From Deltaproteobacteria bacterium (GTDB lineage: Bacteria > Desulfobacterota > Deferrimicrobia > Deferrimicrobiales > Deferrimicrobiaceae), in the NCBI GenBank assembly GCA_016234845.1, contig JACRNP010000090.1, forward strand, positions 3,434 through 67,433: a stretch of 64,000 nt of DNA, read 5' to 3'. Below the pieces are notes generated by a model that saw only the letters and a program-made list of their open reading frames with translations, was not told the origin of the DNA and made no database searches. This document shows, in pieces, positions 38,668 to 48,329 of this stretch (its first letter is position 1; each line of letters opens with the position of its first letter). Both the position numbers and the translations under genes were made by a program.

Positions 38668-41169
38668 ATGCGCGAGATCCCCCCGTCGATCCGGAAACCG
38701 TCGAGGTACAGCGGAAGCGAGATCCGCCGCGGGGGTATCGCGTGGGACGCCGCCGCCGTCCGCGTGCTCCTCGCCTTTCCCGACGCGTACGAGATCGGGA
38801 TGTCCCACCTGGGGATCCTCCTCCTCCACGAGATTCTTTCGGCCCGTCCCGCCACGCTCTGCGAGAGGGTGTTCGCCCCGTGGAGCGACTACGAGGAGCA
38901 CCTCCGGTCGACCGGCACCCCTCTCCCTTCGCTGGAATCGGGCCGGTCCGCCGCCTCGTTCGACATGATCGGCTTCTCCCTCTGCTACGAACTGACGTAC
39001 ACCAACGTGCTCGCGATGCTGGACCTGTCGGGGATCCCCCTGATGGCGAAGGACCGTCGGGAGGAGGACCCGCTGATCCTGGCGGGAGGGGTGTGCACGA
39101 TGAATCCCGCGCCCGTGGCGCCCTTCTTCGATGCGATGCTCGTGGGGGACGGGGAGGAGGCGGTGCTGGAGATCGCCGCCCTCGTCCAGCGGAGGAAGGA
39201 GCGGGGGGGGACGCGCGCGGATCTGATCGCGTCGGTCTCCGCCGTCGCAGGGGTCTACGTCCCGGGGGTCTCGACGGCGGTCTCCCGGCGCGTCCTCCCG
39301 GACCTCGCCCTGTCCCCGCTACTCCCGGCGCCGATCCTGCCGTCGATGCGGGTGGTCCACGACCGGCTGAGCGTCGAGATCTCCCGGGGGTGCACCCGCG
39401 GATGCCGGTTCTGCCAGGCGGGGTACGTGTACCGGCCGCTCCGCGAGCGGGACCCGCTGGTCGTCCTGCGGTACCTCCAGGAGGAGGCGCCGAAGACCGG
39501 GTACGACGAGGTGGGGCTCCTGTCGCTCTCCGCCGCGGACTACAGCTGCATCGACCGGCTCATCACGGAGGCGATGGCCGCCCTCGAACCGGACCACGTC
39601 TCCGTCTCCCTGCCGTCGCTGCGCCTGGACGCGCTCGAGGAGAACACGGTCCGGCAGATCCGGAAGGTGCGCAAGTCCGGGTTCACGCTGGCCCCCGAGG
39701 CGGGGACGGAGCGGCTCCGCCGGTCGGTCAACAAGGAGATCCGCGACGACGACGTCCTGAAGACGGCGGAGTGGATCTTCGGAAACGGGTGGCGGACCCT
39801 CAAATTGTATTTCATGGTCGGTCTCCCGGGAGAGACGGCCGAGGACGTGCGCGCCATCGCGCGGCTGGCGAAGGCGGTCGCGTCGGTGGCGCGCCGCCAC
39901 GGGAAGCGGAACACGGTGACGGTCAGCGTCTCCGCCTTCGTCCCCAAGCCGCACACGCCGTTCCAGTGGGAGCGCCAGATCGGGAGGGAGGAGGTGGAGG
40001 AACGGATCCGCGTCGTGCGGGACGCGGCCGGCCGGGACCGGAACGTCGAGGTGAAGTTCCACGGTCCGCAGGTATCCGAGCTCGAAGGCGTCTTCTCCCG
40101 GGGGGACGGACGCCTCCCGGCGGTCGTCCTCGGGGCGTACCGCAACGGGGCGCGGTTCGACGCGTGGACGGAATCGTTCCGTCCCGACGCGTGGAAGGAC
40201 GCTTTCGCGGCGGCCGGCGTCGACCCGCTCGAGTACCTGGCGGAGCGCGATCCGGACTCCCCCCTTCCTTGGGCGTTCGTGGACGCGGGCATCGAACGTT
40301 CGTTCCTCCTCGCCGAGCGGGAGAAGGCGCGCGCGGGAGAGACGACCCCGGACTGCCGCGCGGCCGGCTGCACCTCCTGCGGCGCTTGTCCGCCGGGGCT
40401 CTCGAACATCACGTACGCCGGCCGGATGCCGGCGGCCGGCGGCCGGAAGGACGTGGAGCCGGCGGTACCGAAGGTTTCGGCGGCCGATCCCGCGCGGCGC
40501 CAGATCGTCCGGATCCGGTACGCGAAGGAGGGACCCGCGAAATATTTGAGCGGCCTGGAGATCCAGTCCCTCTGGGGGCGATCGTTCCGCCGCGCCGGCC
40601 TGCCGCTTTCGTACAGCCAGGGGTTCAACCCGGCGCCGAGGCTGTCGCTCTCCCCCGCCCTCGCGGTCGGGACGGAGAGCGCCTGTGAATTCCTGGAGGC
40701 GGAGTTCTCGCTCCCCGTCGTCGCGACGGATCTCCTGTCCGCCCTCCCTCCGCACCTGCCGGCGGGCGTCCGGCTTCTCGACGCGAAGACCGTGCCCCCG
40801 GGATCGCCCCGCCTTTCGGACTTCGACCTCTCCTCCACGTACGTCATCCGGCCGCTCCCGCCGGACGATCTCCCGGCCGAAGCCGGCAAGGAATCCGCGG
40901 CGCGGCGGTTCGCCGACTTCCTGGCGTCGGATCGGCACCCGATGACCCTGGTCCGCGAAGCCCAGGTGCAGGTGTCGGAGGTGGACCTCCGCCCGCTGGT
41001 CACGGATTTCGGGGTGAACGCGGAGGGGATCTTCATTACAATCATTCAGGGCACGGGGAAGGGGGTGCGGCCGGTCGAGGCCGCCGCGTCGCTGCTCGGC
41101 GCGCCCCTCCCGGCGGACCGGTTCATCCCGAGGAAGGTGTCGGCGGAGCTCCTCCACCGCCGCGGGTAA
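38668..41169 (+). CDS. B12-binding/radical SAM protein (TIGR03960-type) fused to a DUF2344 (TIGR03936) domain.
   Basis: KPSRYSGSEI N-terminal signature, a CxxxCxxC radical SAM motif (CTRGCRFCQAGY) and a long C-terminal domain, followed by rng as in many bacteria. An alternative GTG start at 38623 is possible. Confidence 0.8.
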   Translation: MREIPPSIRKPSRYSGSEIRRGGIAWDAAAVRVLLAFPDAYEIGMSHLGILLLHEILSARPATLCERVFAPWSDYEEHLRSTGTPLPSLESGRSAASFDMIGFSLCYELTYTNVLAMLDLSGIPLMAKDRREEDPLILAGGVCTMNPAPVAPFFDAMLVGDGEEAVLEIAALVQRRKERGGTRADLIASVSAVAGVYVPGVSTAVSRRVLPDLALSPLLPAPILPSMRVVHDRLSVEISRGCTRGCRFCQAGYVYRPLRERDPLVVLRYLQEEAPKTGYDEVGLLSLSAADYSCIDRLITEAMAALEPDHVSVSLPSLRLDALEENTVRQIRKVRKSGFTLAPEAGTERLRRSVNKEIRDDDVLKTAEWIFGNGWRTLKLYFMVGLPGETAEDVRAIARLAKAVASVARRHGKRNTVTVSVSAFVPKPHTPFQWERQIGREEVEERIRVVRDAAGRDRNVEVKFHGPQVSELEGVFSRGDGRLPAVVLGAYRNGARFDAWTESFRPDAWKDAFAAAGVDPLEYLAERDPDSPLPWAFVDAGIERSFLLAEREKARAGETTPDCRAAGCTSCGACPPGLSNITYAGRMPAAGGRKDVEPAVPKVSAADPARRQIVRIRYAKEGPAKYLSGLEIQSLWGRSFRRAGLPLSYSQGFNPAPRLSLSPALAVGTESACEFLEAEFSLPVVATDLLSALPPHLPAGVRLLDAKTVPPGSPRLSDFDLSSTYVIRPLPPDDLPAEAGKESAARRFADFLASDRHPMTLVREAQVQVSEVDLRPLVTDFGVNAEGIFITIIQGTGKGVRPVEAAASLLGAPLPADRFIPRKVSAELLHRRG

Positions 41170-41173
41170 ACGG

Positions 41174-42703
41174 ATGCAGAAAGCGGGCAAGCTCATCGTC
41201 GTGAACGCCGCCCCGTACGAAACGCGCGTGGCGACCCTCGAGTCCGGGATCCTCGTGGAGCTCCTCATCGAGCGGGGCGAGGACAAGAACTCGGTGGGGA
41301 ACATCCACAACGGCAAGGTGATCCGCGTTTTGCCCGGGATGCAGGCCGCCTTCGTCGACATCGGGATGGACAAGGCCGGGTTCCTCTTCGCGGGGGACTT
41401 CGTCACCCCCCAGCTGGAGTTCGACACCGACCCGTCGGAGGAGACGGTCATCCCGGACGACATCGGGATCCGCCCGGCGCGATACCCGCAGGACCATTTC
41501 CTCCCGCCGATCGAGGGGCTCATCCGCGAGGGGCAGCACCTCCTCGTGCAGGTCGCCAAGGAGCCGCTGGGAACCAAGGGGGCCCGTATCACGAGCCACA
41601 TCACCCTCCCGGGTCGCCACCTGGTGCTGCTCACCTGGTCGTCCCACATCGGGATCTCGCGCCGCATCGAGGACACGGGGGAGCGGGACCGCCTGACGAG
41701 GCTCGTCGAGGCGATCCGGCCGGAGGGGATGGGCGCGATCGTCCGGACCGCGGCGGAGGGTCGCTCCGAGGGCGAACTCAAGGCCGACATGGATTACCTG
41801 GTCCGCCTGTGGGAGACGATCCGGAGGAAGAGCGAGAACGCCCCCGCGCCGTCCCCGATCCACCGGGAGCTGTCCCTCTCCCTCCGGGCGGTGCGGGACC
41901 TGTTCTCCTCGGAGTCCGACCGGATCGTGGTCGACTCCCCCGAGGAGCACGAACGGATCCGGAGCTTCGCCTCGCAGTTCTTCCCCCGCATTCAGGACCG
42001 GATCGAGCTGTACGGCGGCCCGGAACCGATCTTCGACCATTACGGGATCGAGATCGAGGTGACGCGCGCCCTGGACAAGAAGGTCTGGCTCAAGAGCGGC
42101 GGCTACATCGTGATCGAGCAGACCGAGGCGCTGACCGTCGTGGACGTCAACACGGGGAAGTACGTGGGGCGCTCGTCGCTCGAGGACACCACGGTCAAGA
42201 TCAACCTCGAGGCGGTGAAGGAGATCGTCTACCAGCTCCGGCTGCGCAACATCGGCGGGATCATCATCATCGACTTCATCGACATGAAGAGCGAGGAGAA
42301 CCGCGAGAAGGTCTACAACGCCCTCGTGGACGCCCTGCGCGCCGACCGGAGCAAGACCACGATCTGCAAGATCTCGGAGCTGGGGCTGGTCGAGATGACC
42401 CGGAAGCGGGTCCGCGAGAGCCTGGGCCGCTCCCTCGCGGAGGCGTGCCCCTACTGTTCCGGGGAAGGGGTCCTGAAGTCCAAGAAGACCATCTGCTACG
42501 ACATCTTCCGCGCCCTCGAGCGGCAGAGCCTGCTGCTGTCGGGCAAGCAGGTGTCGCTCTCGGTCCACCCCGCGCTGGCGGAGGAGCTGTTCGGCGAGGA
42601 GCGCCGGTTCCTCGAGATCCTGGAGCAGCGGTACGGTATGAAGGTCAACATCTCCGCGTCGGAGAAGTACCACATCGAGCAGTACCGGATCGAGCCGAAC
42701 TGA
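41174..42703 (+). CDS. rng: Ribonuclease G (RNase E/G family).
   Basis: S1 domain, DNase-I-like catalytic core (VVDVNTGK...IIIDFIDM) and a Zn-link CPYCSGEG motif; 509 aa. Confidence 0.9.
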   Translation: MQKAGKLIVVNAAPYETRVATLESGILVELLIERGEDKNSVGNIHNGKVIRVLPGMQAAFVDIGMDKAGFLFAGDFVTPQLEFDTDPSEETVIPDDIGIRPARYPQDHFLPPIEGLIREGQHLLVQVAKEPLGTKGARITSHITLPGRHLVLLTWSSHIGISRRIEDTGERDRLTRLVEAIRPEGMGAIVRTAAEGRSEGELKADMDYLVRLWETIRRKSENAPAPSPIHRELSLSLRAVRDLFSSESDRIVVDSPEEHERIRSFASQFFPRIQDRIELYGGPEPIFDHYGIEIEVTRALDKKVWLKSGGYIVIEQTEALTVVDVNTGKYVGRSSLEDTTVKINLEAVKEIVYQLRLRNIGGIIIIDFIDMKSEENREKVYNALVDALRADRSKTTICKISELGLVEMTRKRVRESLGRSLAEACPYCSGEGVLKSKKTICYDIFRALERQSLLLSGKQVSLSVHPALAEELFGEERRFLEILEQRYGMKVNISASEKYHIEQYRIEPN

Positions 42704-42745
42704 AGGGCCGGGACGCGGCGGAAGCCGGTCGGCGCGATTCGCCGC

Positions 42746-42774
42746 TTGACGATCGGACCGGGCGTCCCTAATAT
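42746..42774 (+). promoter_or_regulatory. Sigma70-type promoter for tRNA-Thr.
   Basis: TTGACG, a 17-nt spacer, then TAATAT, about 30 nt upstream of the mature tRNA 5' end. Confidence 0.5.
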
Positions 42775-42804
42775 TATCCTTTCGCTTTTCCTGGCGTTTC
42801 GCCG

Positions 42805-42879
42805 GCCGGCGTAGCTCAGTGGTAGAGCAGCTGATTCGTAATCAGCAGGTCGTCGGTTCAATCCCGACCGCCGGCTCCA
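42805..42879 (+). tRNA. tRNA-Thr (anticodon CGU).
   Basis: Cloverleaf GCCGGCG-TA-GCTC-AGTGGTA-GAGC-A-GCTGA-TTCGTAA-TCAGC-AGGTC-GTCGG-TTCAATC-CCGAC-CGCCGGC-T-CCA, with encoded CCA. Confidence 0.9.
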
Positions 42880-42917
42880 AATTTTCCAACGAAGCATCCC
42901 AACAAAAATTTGGAGCC
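42873..42917. repeat. Perfect 13-bp inverted repeat that includes the tRNA 3' end.
   Basis: GGCTCCAAATTTT pairs with AAAATTTGGAGCC across a 19-nt loop. It could be a terminator-like hairpin, or an inverted partial copy of the tRNA 3' end. Confidence 0.6.
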
Positions 42918-43169
42918 TCATCGAGGGATTGAACCGGTTTCGGGCGCCGAGCGATCAGCGAGCCCCGCCCGCGGTCGATGAAAACCATGGCCGCTGGGGT
43001 CCCCTTTCCAAGAATGTCGGAGGGGGAGAATAGCGCGACGCTCCGGAGCGCGGAAGCCCGAAACCGCGCCGCCAAAGCCGCCCCACTCCCGAACGAAGTA
43101 CGCTCCCTGGGGTACCCCGCAACGAAGATCCTGAGGGGCAATGGCTTCGTCGGTCGAGGCTCAGGCGGG

Positions 43170-43190
43170 CAATCCCGACCGCCGGCTCCA
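43170..43190. repeat. 21-bp direct repeat of the tRNA-Thr 3' end (att-like).
   Basis: CAATCCCGACCGCCGGCTCCA is identical to tRNA positions 42859..42879 and recurs about 290 bp downstream. Confidence 0.7.
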
Positions 43191-43372
43191 GCCTCCTTCC
43201 AATAAAGGCGGCCGTCACATATTTTAATCCTGCATTTCTCTTTCCTTGCCTTGGTGTTTCATCATATAAAACCAGGTTTGCCCGGAAACTTTTCTGTTGA
43301 CCTTCGCATCTATTCCTGCGAAAAGATGATGTAGAACCTACATGGTAAGGATTATCCTTTGTGGGGGAGCCG

Positions 43373-43570
43373 ATGGCGAAGGAGTACAGAGTCTACAAGG
43401 TCGATTACCTGACCAAGATGAGGATTCCGATCGGCACGGTCAAGGAACGCCGCGTCAAGGCGCGTCCGGAATCGAACCACCTGGGTCTCATGAAGCTCGC
43501 GCGGAGGATGTACGGTGCGACGATGGAGGAGCAGCTGAAGATCATCCTGGGCGAGGAACTCGTCGCTTGA
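43373..43570 (+). CDS. Small hypothetical protein of about 65 aa in a low-GC segment.
   Basis: MAKEYRVYKVDYLTKMRIPIGTVKERRVKARPESNHLGLMKLARRMYGATMEEQLKIILGEELVA. A GGGGGAG SD sits 4 nt upstream. It is preceded by an AT-rich region that contrasts with the 70% GC background. Confidence 0.5.
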   Translation: MAKEYRVYKVDYLTKMRIPIGTVKERRVKARPESNHLGLMKLARRMYGATMEEQLKIILGEELVA

Positions 43571-43585
43571 CGCGCCCGCCGCCGT

Positions 43586-44056
43586 TCAGGCGGCCACCCG
43601 GACCAGCACCGGGGAAAGGACCTTTGCGACGTCCCCCGGCGCCATCCCCAGCAGGAACCCCCTCCTCCCCCCGTTGATGTAGATTCTCGGCAGGCCGAGT
43701 ATCGACTCCTCCATGTACACCGGCATGGCGCGACGCACGCCGAACGGCGACGTCCCTCCCACGACGTACCCGGAGTGGCGGTTGGCGGTATCGGGCGCGC
43801 AGGGGGCCACGCTCTTCGCGCCGATCGTCCGCGCGAGCTCCTTCGTCGACACCTGCCGGTCGCCGTGCATCAGCACGATCATCGGCAATTTCCGGTCGTC
43901 CTCCATGACGAGCGTCTTCACCACGCTGTGCTCGTCCACTCCCAGCTCGCGGGCGGACACCGCCGTGCCCCCCTTTTCCTCGTACGAGTACGGGTGTTCG
44001 GTCCAGGAAACGCCCGCCGCCCGGAGGACACGGATCGCCGCCGTGACGGGGTGCTT
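43586..44056 (-). CDS. ybaK: Cys-tRNA(Pro)/Cys-tRNA(Cys) deacylase YbaK.
   Basis: YbaK/ProX deacylase fold (HSVVKTLVMEDD...MIVLMHGDRQVSTKELAR...GGTSPFG); 156 aa. Confidence 0.8.
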   Translation of the reverse strand, partial: KHPVTAAIRVLRAAGVSWTEHPYSYEEKGGTAVSARELGVDEHSVVKTLVMEDDRKLPMIVLMHGDRQVSTKELARTIGAKSVAPCAPDTANRHSGYVVGGTSPFGVRRAMPVYMEESILGLPRIYINGGRRGFLLGMAPGDVAKVLSPVLVRVAA

Positions 44057-44064
44057 TTCCCGGG

Positions 44065-45054
44065 TCATCGGTTGACCGACTTCATCGTTTCCGCCGGATA
44101 CCGCATGCCGGAAACGGCCCCCGGGGGGACCGCCGCCTCGATCCGCCCCGCCTCGGAGGGGGAAAGGCGGATCGCCAGCGCCCCGACGTTCTCCTCCAGG
44201 CGCTCCCGCCGCTTCGTGCCCGGGATCGGCACGATGTCGTCTCCCCGGGACAGGACCCACGCGAGGGCGAGCTGCGCGGGCGACACGCCCTTCTCCCGTG
44301 CGACCTCCTCGAAGGAACGGAGCAGCTCGAGGTTCTTCTCCAGGTTTCCCTCCTGGAACCGCGGGGAGCCGAGGCGGAAATCCTTCTCGAACAGGTCCGC
44401 CCTGCTCTTCACGCGCCCGGCGAAGAAGCCGCGCCCCAGGGGTGAGAACGGGACGAACCCGATCCCGAGCTCCCGGCACGCGGCCAGCGCCCCGTTCGTC
44501 TCCGGGTCCCGGGTCCAGAGGGAGTATTCGCTCTGCACCGCGGCGATGGGGTGCACCGCGTGGGCGCGCCGGATGGTCGCGGCGGACGATTCCGACAGGC
44601 CCAGGTACCGGACCTTCCCTTCGCGGACCAGCTCCGCCATCGCGCCGACGGTCTCCTCGATCGGGGTGTCCGGATCCACCCGGTGCTGGTAATAGAGGTC
44701 GATCGCGTCGGTTCCGAGACGCCGAAGGCTCGCCTCGCACGCGGAGCGGACGTACCCGGGCTTGCCGCTCACGCCGATCCAGCTTCCGTCGTCGCCCCTC
44801 AGGATGCCGAACTTGGTCGCCAGGATCACTCGATCCCTGCGGCCGCGGATCGCCGCTCCGACCAGCTTCTCGTTGTGGCCCAGCCCGTAGATGTCGCTCG
44901 TGTCGAGGAAATCGATCCCGAGATCCAGCGCGAGCGCGATCGTCGCCGCCGACTCGGCCTCCTCGGCCGGACCGTAGAACTCCGACATCCCCATGCATCC
45001 GAGCCCCAGCGCCGAAACCCGGAGCCCGCCCTTCCCCAGATTCCTGCGCTCCAT
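44065..45054 (-). CDS. Aldo/keto reductase.
   Basis: AKR (beta/alpha)8 barrel: [16 protein letters not shown], catalytic tetrad context, [13 protein letters not shown]; start at [10 protein letters not shown]. Confidence 0.85.
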   Translation of the reverse strand: MERRNLGKGGLRVSALGLGCMGMSEFYGPAEEAESAATIALALDLGIDFLDTSDIYGLGHNEKLVGAAIRGRRDRVILATKFGILRGDDGSWIGVSGKPGYVRSACEASLRRLGTDAIDLYYQHRVDPDTPIEETVGAMAELVREGKVRYLGLSESSAATIRRAHAVHPIAAVQSEYSLWTRDPETNGALAACRELGIGFVPFSPLGRGFFAGRVKSRADLFEKDFRLGSPRFQEGNLEKNLELLRSFEEVAREKGVSPAQLALAWVLSRGDDIVPIPGTKRRERLEENVGALAIRLSPSEAGRIEAAVPPGAVSGMRYPAETMKSVNR

Positions 45055-45196
45055 CCTTCGAACCTCCCGCCGATTTCCCCGCGCCGTCCCCACACCGCAT
45101 TCCATTGTAGCGCGCCGGCGAACGACGGTTCCGGTTGACCACCGTGGCGCCGACGGAATACGGTAATCGTACCAGGGAACGGAAGCGGAGGGAGCG

Positions 45197-46015
45197 ATGG
45201 CCACACTCGCGGGAAAAACGCTGTTCATCACGGGGGGGAGCCGGGGGATCGGCAGGGAGATCGCCCTGCGGGCGGCGGAGGACGGCGCCAACGTCGCGCT
45301 GGCCGCCAAGACCGCCGAGCCGAACCCGAAGCTTCCCGGGACGATCTTCACGACGGCGGAGGAGGTCGAGAGGGCCGGCGGGAGGGCGCTCCCGCTCCAG
45401 GTGGACATCCGCTTCGAGGCGCAGATCGCCGAGGCCGCGAAAAAGGCGGCGGAAACGTTCGGGGGGATCGATATCCTGGTGAACAACGCCAGCGCGATCG
45501 GCCTGACGGGAACGCGGGAGACCCCGATGAAGCGGTTCGACCTGATGTTCGGCGTCAACGTGCGGGGCACCTTCGCCGCCTCCCAGGCGCTCCTCCCCCA
45601 CCTGCTCTTCGGGAGCAACCCCCACATCCTGAACTTGAGCCCGCCGCTGTCCCTCGACCCGAAGTGGTTCCGGAACCATTGCGCCTACACGATGGCGAAG
45701 TACGGGATGAGCATGTGCGTGCTGGGAATGTCGGAGGAGTTCCGCGACGCGGGGCTGGCGGTGAACGCGCTGTGGCCGAAGACGGTGATCGCGACGGCGG
45801 CGATCTCGATGATCCCCGGCGTGGAGGCAAAACATTGCCGGAGCCCGCGGATCGTGGCGGACGCGGCCCACGCGATCCTCACCCGCGACAGCCGTTCGTG
45901 CACCGGGAACTTCTTCATCGACGAGGAGGTGCTTGCCGCGGAAGGCGTGACCGACCTGTCGCGATACGCGGTCGCGCCCGGCGCCCCCCTGCTCCCCGAC
46001 CTGTTCCTCGACTGA
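45197..46015 (+). CDS. SDR-family oxidoreductase (HSDL2-like).
   Basis: [12 protein letters not shown] Rossmann motif, NNAS, YTMAKYG catalytic YxxxK; 272 aa. Confidence 0.85.
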   Translation: MATLAGKTLFITGGSRGIGREIALRAAEDGANVALAAKTAEPNPKLPGTIFTTAEEVERAGGRALPLQVDIRFEAQIAEAAKKAAETFGGIDILVNNASAIGLTGTRETPMKRFDLMFGVNVRGTFAASQALLPHLLFGSNPHILNLSPPLSLDPKWFRNHCAYTMAKYGMSMCVLGMSEEFRDAGLAVNALWPKTVIATAAISMIPGVEAKHCRSPRIVADAAHAILTRDSRSCTGNFFIDEEVLAAEGVTDLSRYAVAPGAPLLPDLFLD

Positions 46016-46025
46016 CCGTCGGGGG

Positions 46026-46424
46026 CTACCCGTCCCCGTCGAAGACGAGCGCGGCGGAGTTCATGCAGTACCGGAGCCCCGTCGGCTTCGGTCCGTCGTT
46101 GAAGACGTGCCCCAGGTGGGCGTCGCACCGGGCGCACAGCACCTCGGTCCGCCTCGAGAAGAAGCTGGAATCGTCGGCCTCCCGGACGTTCTCCTTCGCC
46201 ACCGGCTCGTAGAAGCTCGGCCAGCCGGTCCCGGAATCGTACTTCGTCTCCGAACGGAACAGGTCGAGGCCGCAGCAGACGCACCGGTAGGTCCCCTTCC
46301 CCTTCGTGTTCCACAACGCGCCGGTGAACGCGCGCTCCGTCCCCTTCCTGCGGGTCACCTGGTACTGCTCCGGCGTGAGCTGCTTCAACCATTCCGCGTC
46401 GGGCTTCACCACCTTTTCGGTCAT
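46026..46424 (-). CDS. msrB: Peptide-methionine (R)-S-oxide reductase MsrB.
   Basis: [35 protein letters not shown]...RYCMNSAAL with the two CxxC zinc motifs. A strong AGGAGGGGG SD precedes this ATG. The ORF extends in frame 147 nt further upstream. Confidence 0.75.
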   Translation of the reverse strand: MTEKVVKPDAEWLKQLTPEQYQVTRRKGTERAFTGALWNTKGKGTYRCVCCGLDLFRSETKYDSGTGWPSFYEPVAKENVREADDSSFFSRRTEVLCARCDAHLGHVFNDGPKPTGLRYCMNSAALVFDGDG

Positions 46425-46691
46425 GAAAAACCCCCTCCTGCGAACCGAATACACCTTCAGCGCAACCCCCGCCGCCGCAACCGCGTCCGCCGCCATCCGC
46501 CTCGCGAAGAGCGATGCGGAGACGCCGGCCGCAAGGACCCCCGCCAGGAACCTTCTCCGGGTCCATTCCATGGTAATCCTCCGACATGGAATCCTTCGGG
46601 TAAGATGGCGGGGGAAGGCGCACGATTCCCGTTCCAACGACTTGCCCGGAATGCCCGCCCGGGAGACGGTGACACGGTGGGGAACTTCCCG

Positions 46692-47096
46692 TTACTTCCT
46701 GCCTTTATCCAGGAGGAAGGCGCCCAGCGCCCTGTCCACCTTCCCGATGTGGTTCACCAGCCAGTCCCCGATGAACCGGCCCATCCGGTCGGCGATCTCC
46801 GGGGTCGCGCCGCTGGCGTCGAACTCGTCGCGGAGGTCGTAGAAGTCGCTCACGAAGGAAACGTGCTCGCCCTTGTGGAACGGGAACCCCGGGTAGGAGA
46901 GGCGCCGCATGTAGACCTCCTCCATCCCGAAATGGTTGATCACGTAATCCTCGAGGAAGGCGATCACCCCGGGGATCTCCCCGGTCGACGCCCCGCCGTC
47001 CTCCCGGAGCAGCCGGTTGATCGCGGCGAACAGCTCGCGGTGCTGGGAGTCGATCGTCTCCACCCCCACCGCCAGTCTTTCCGTCCACTCGTACAC
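46692..47096 (-). CDS. Hemerythrin-like protein (bacteriohemerythrin).
   Basis: W..R...GVETIDSQHRELF...H...E......H four-helix di-iron ligand pattern; 134 aa. Confidence 0.8.
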   Translation of the reverse strand: MYEWTERLAVGVETIDSQHRELFAAINRLLREDGGASTGEIPGVIAFLEDYVINHFGMEEVYMRRLSYPGFPFHKGEHVSFVSDFYDLRDEFDASGATPEIADRMGRFIGDWLVNHIGKVDRALGAFLLDKGRK

Positions 47097-47237
47097 GTCC
47101 GCCTCCCGGGTTTTTTCCGAAGTGTCGATCTGTCGTGGAATCGGGATCCATTATAGCCCGAACCCGCGGACCGATCACCGGGGATCGCGGCGAACGGGCG
47201 TTTCAAATCGCCGGGTCGGGGGTGTAGAATTTCCTCC

Positions 47238-48329
47238 GTGAACGGACTTCGCCAGGAGCGGTTGGAGCGATACCTTGCCGAGCGGTTCCACGGGGAGGCA
47301 AGGGTCACGGCGATCGTCCCCCTGCGGGAGGGGGCGGCCTCCGGCGCATCGAAGGGGTACGGATACGGGCACCCGGCGAGGATCGAGTTCACCGTCGACG
47401 GCCGGCGGCGGACGGCCGTGCTGGAGACGACCAGCCCCGGGCCGTTCGGCCACGAGCACATGGCCGACCGGGCCCAGATGATCCTGTGGGACTACGGCGC
47501 GTACAACGCCCTGCCCCGCCACGCCCGCGCGATCGACGTCGGGGTGTTCGAACGCGACGGCAGGATGATCTCCGTCCGCGAGGCCGAGGAGTTCTTCCTC
47601 CTGGTCGAAGTCGTCGAAGGAACCGGGTACATCCGGGACGTCGCCCGGCTCCAGGACGGAGAACCGCTTCGCGCGCTCGACATCTCCCGCGCCGACGCGT
47701 TGTGCGACTACCTGTCGGAGATCCATGCGGTCCGGGGATCCGATCCGGGGCTCTACGCGCGGCGGATCCGGGAGCTGGTGGGACACGGGGAGTGCGTGAT
47801 GGGGCTGTCCGACAGCTACCCGCAGCCGTGCGGGTTCATCACTCCCGCGCTCCTGGAAGAGATCGAGCGGCGCTGCGTATCGTGGCGATGGCGCCTGAAA
47901 CCGCTCTCCCGCCGGCTGCGGCAGGTCCACGGCGACTTCCACCCGTTCAACATCCTCTTCCGGGAAGGGACCGACTTCTCCGTCCTCGACCGTTCCCGCG
48001 GGGAGTGGGGGGAACCGGCGGACGACGTCACCGCCCTCACGGGGAACTACCTGTTCGCCTCGCTGCAGGCGCACGGCCGGCTCGAAGGGGCGTTCGAGAC
48101 GCTCTTCCGCCGGTTCTGGGAACGGTACGTCGAGCGCACGGGCGACGCGGAGATCCTCGAGACGGCCGCCCCCTTCTTCGCCTTCCGGTGCCTCGTGATG
48201 GCGTCCCCGGTCTGGTACCCGTCGCTCGACGACGGGGTGCGCCGGAAGCTGTTCTCCTTCCTCCTGTCGGCGCTGGACGCCCCCCGGTTCGACCCGGCCC
48301 GTGTGAACGGCTGGCTCGATGCGGTCTGA
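47238..48329 (+). CDS. Phosphotransferase-family (APH/choline-kinase-like) kinase.
   Basis: HGDFHPFNILF catalytic loop (Brenner motif) and a downstream D-x-S metal-binding motif; 363 aa. Confidence 0.7.
   Translation: MNGLRQERLERYLAERFHGEARVTAIVPLREGAASGASKGYGYGHPARIEFTVDGRRRTAVLETTSPGPFGHEHMADRAQMILWDYGAYNALPRHARAIDVGVFERDGRMISVREAEEFFLLVEVVEGTGYIRDVARLQDGEPLRALDISRADALCDYLSEIHAVRGSDPGLYARRIRELVGHGECVMGLSDSYPQPCGFITPALLEEIERRCVSWRWRLKPLSRRLRQVHGDFHPFNILFREGTDFSVLDRSRGEWGEPADDVTALTGNYLFASLQAHGRLEGAFETLFRRFWERYVERTGDAEILETAAPFFAFRCLVMASPVWYPSLDDGVRRKLFSFLLSALDAPRFDPARVNGWLDAV

Noticed and set aside
42913-42940. Minus-strand tRNA-like fragment (GGTTCAATCC...GGCTCCA).
   Set aside because: No complementary T-stem or acceptor stem can be formed, so it is not a functional tRNA. 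It is kept only as part of the repeat/scar finding.
42842-43218. Minus-strand ORFs 42842..43141 and 42955..43218 and plus-strand ORF 42978..43205 across the tRNA region.
   Set aside because: They overlap the tRNA-Thr 3' flank and att-like repeats and have no start context or protein-like composition. The region is better explained as non-coding integration scars.
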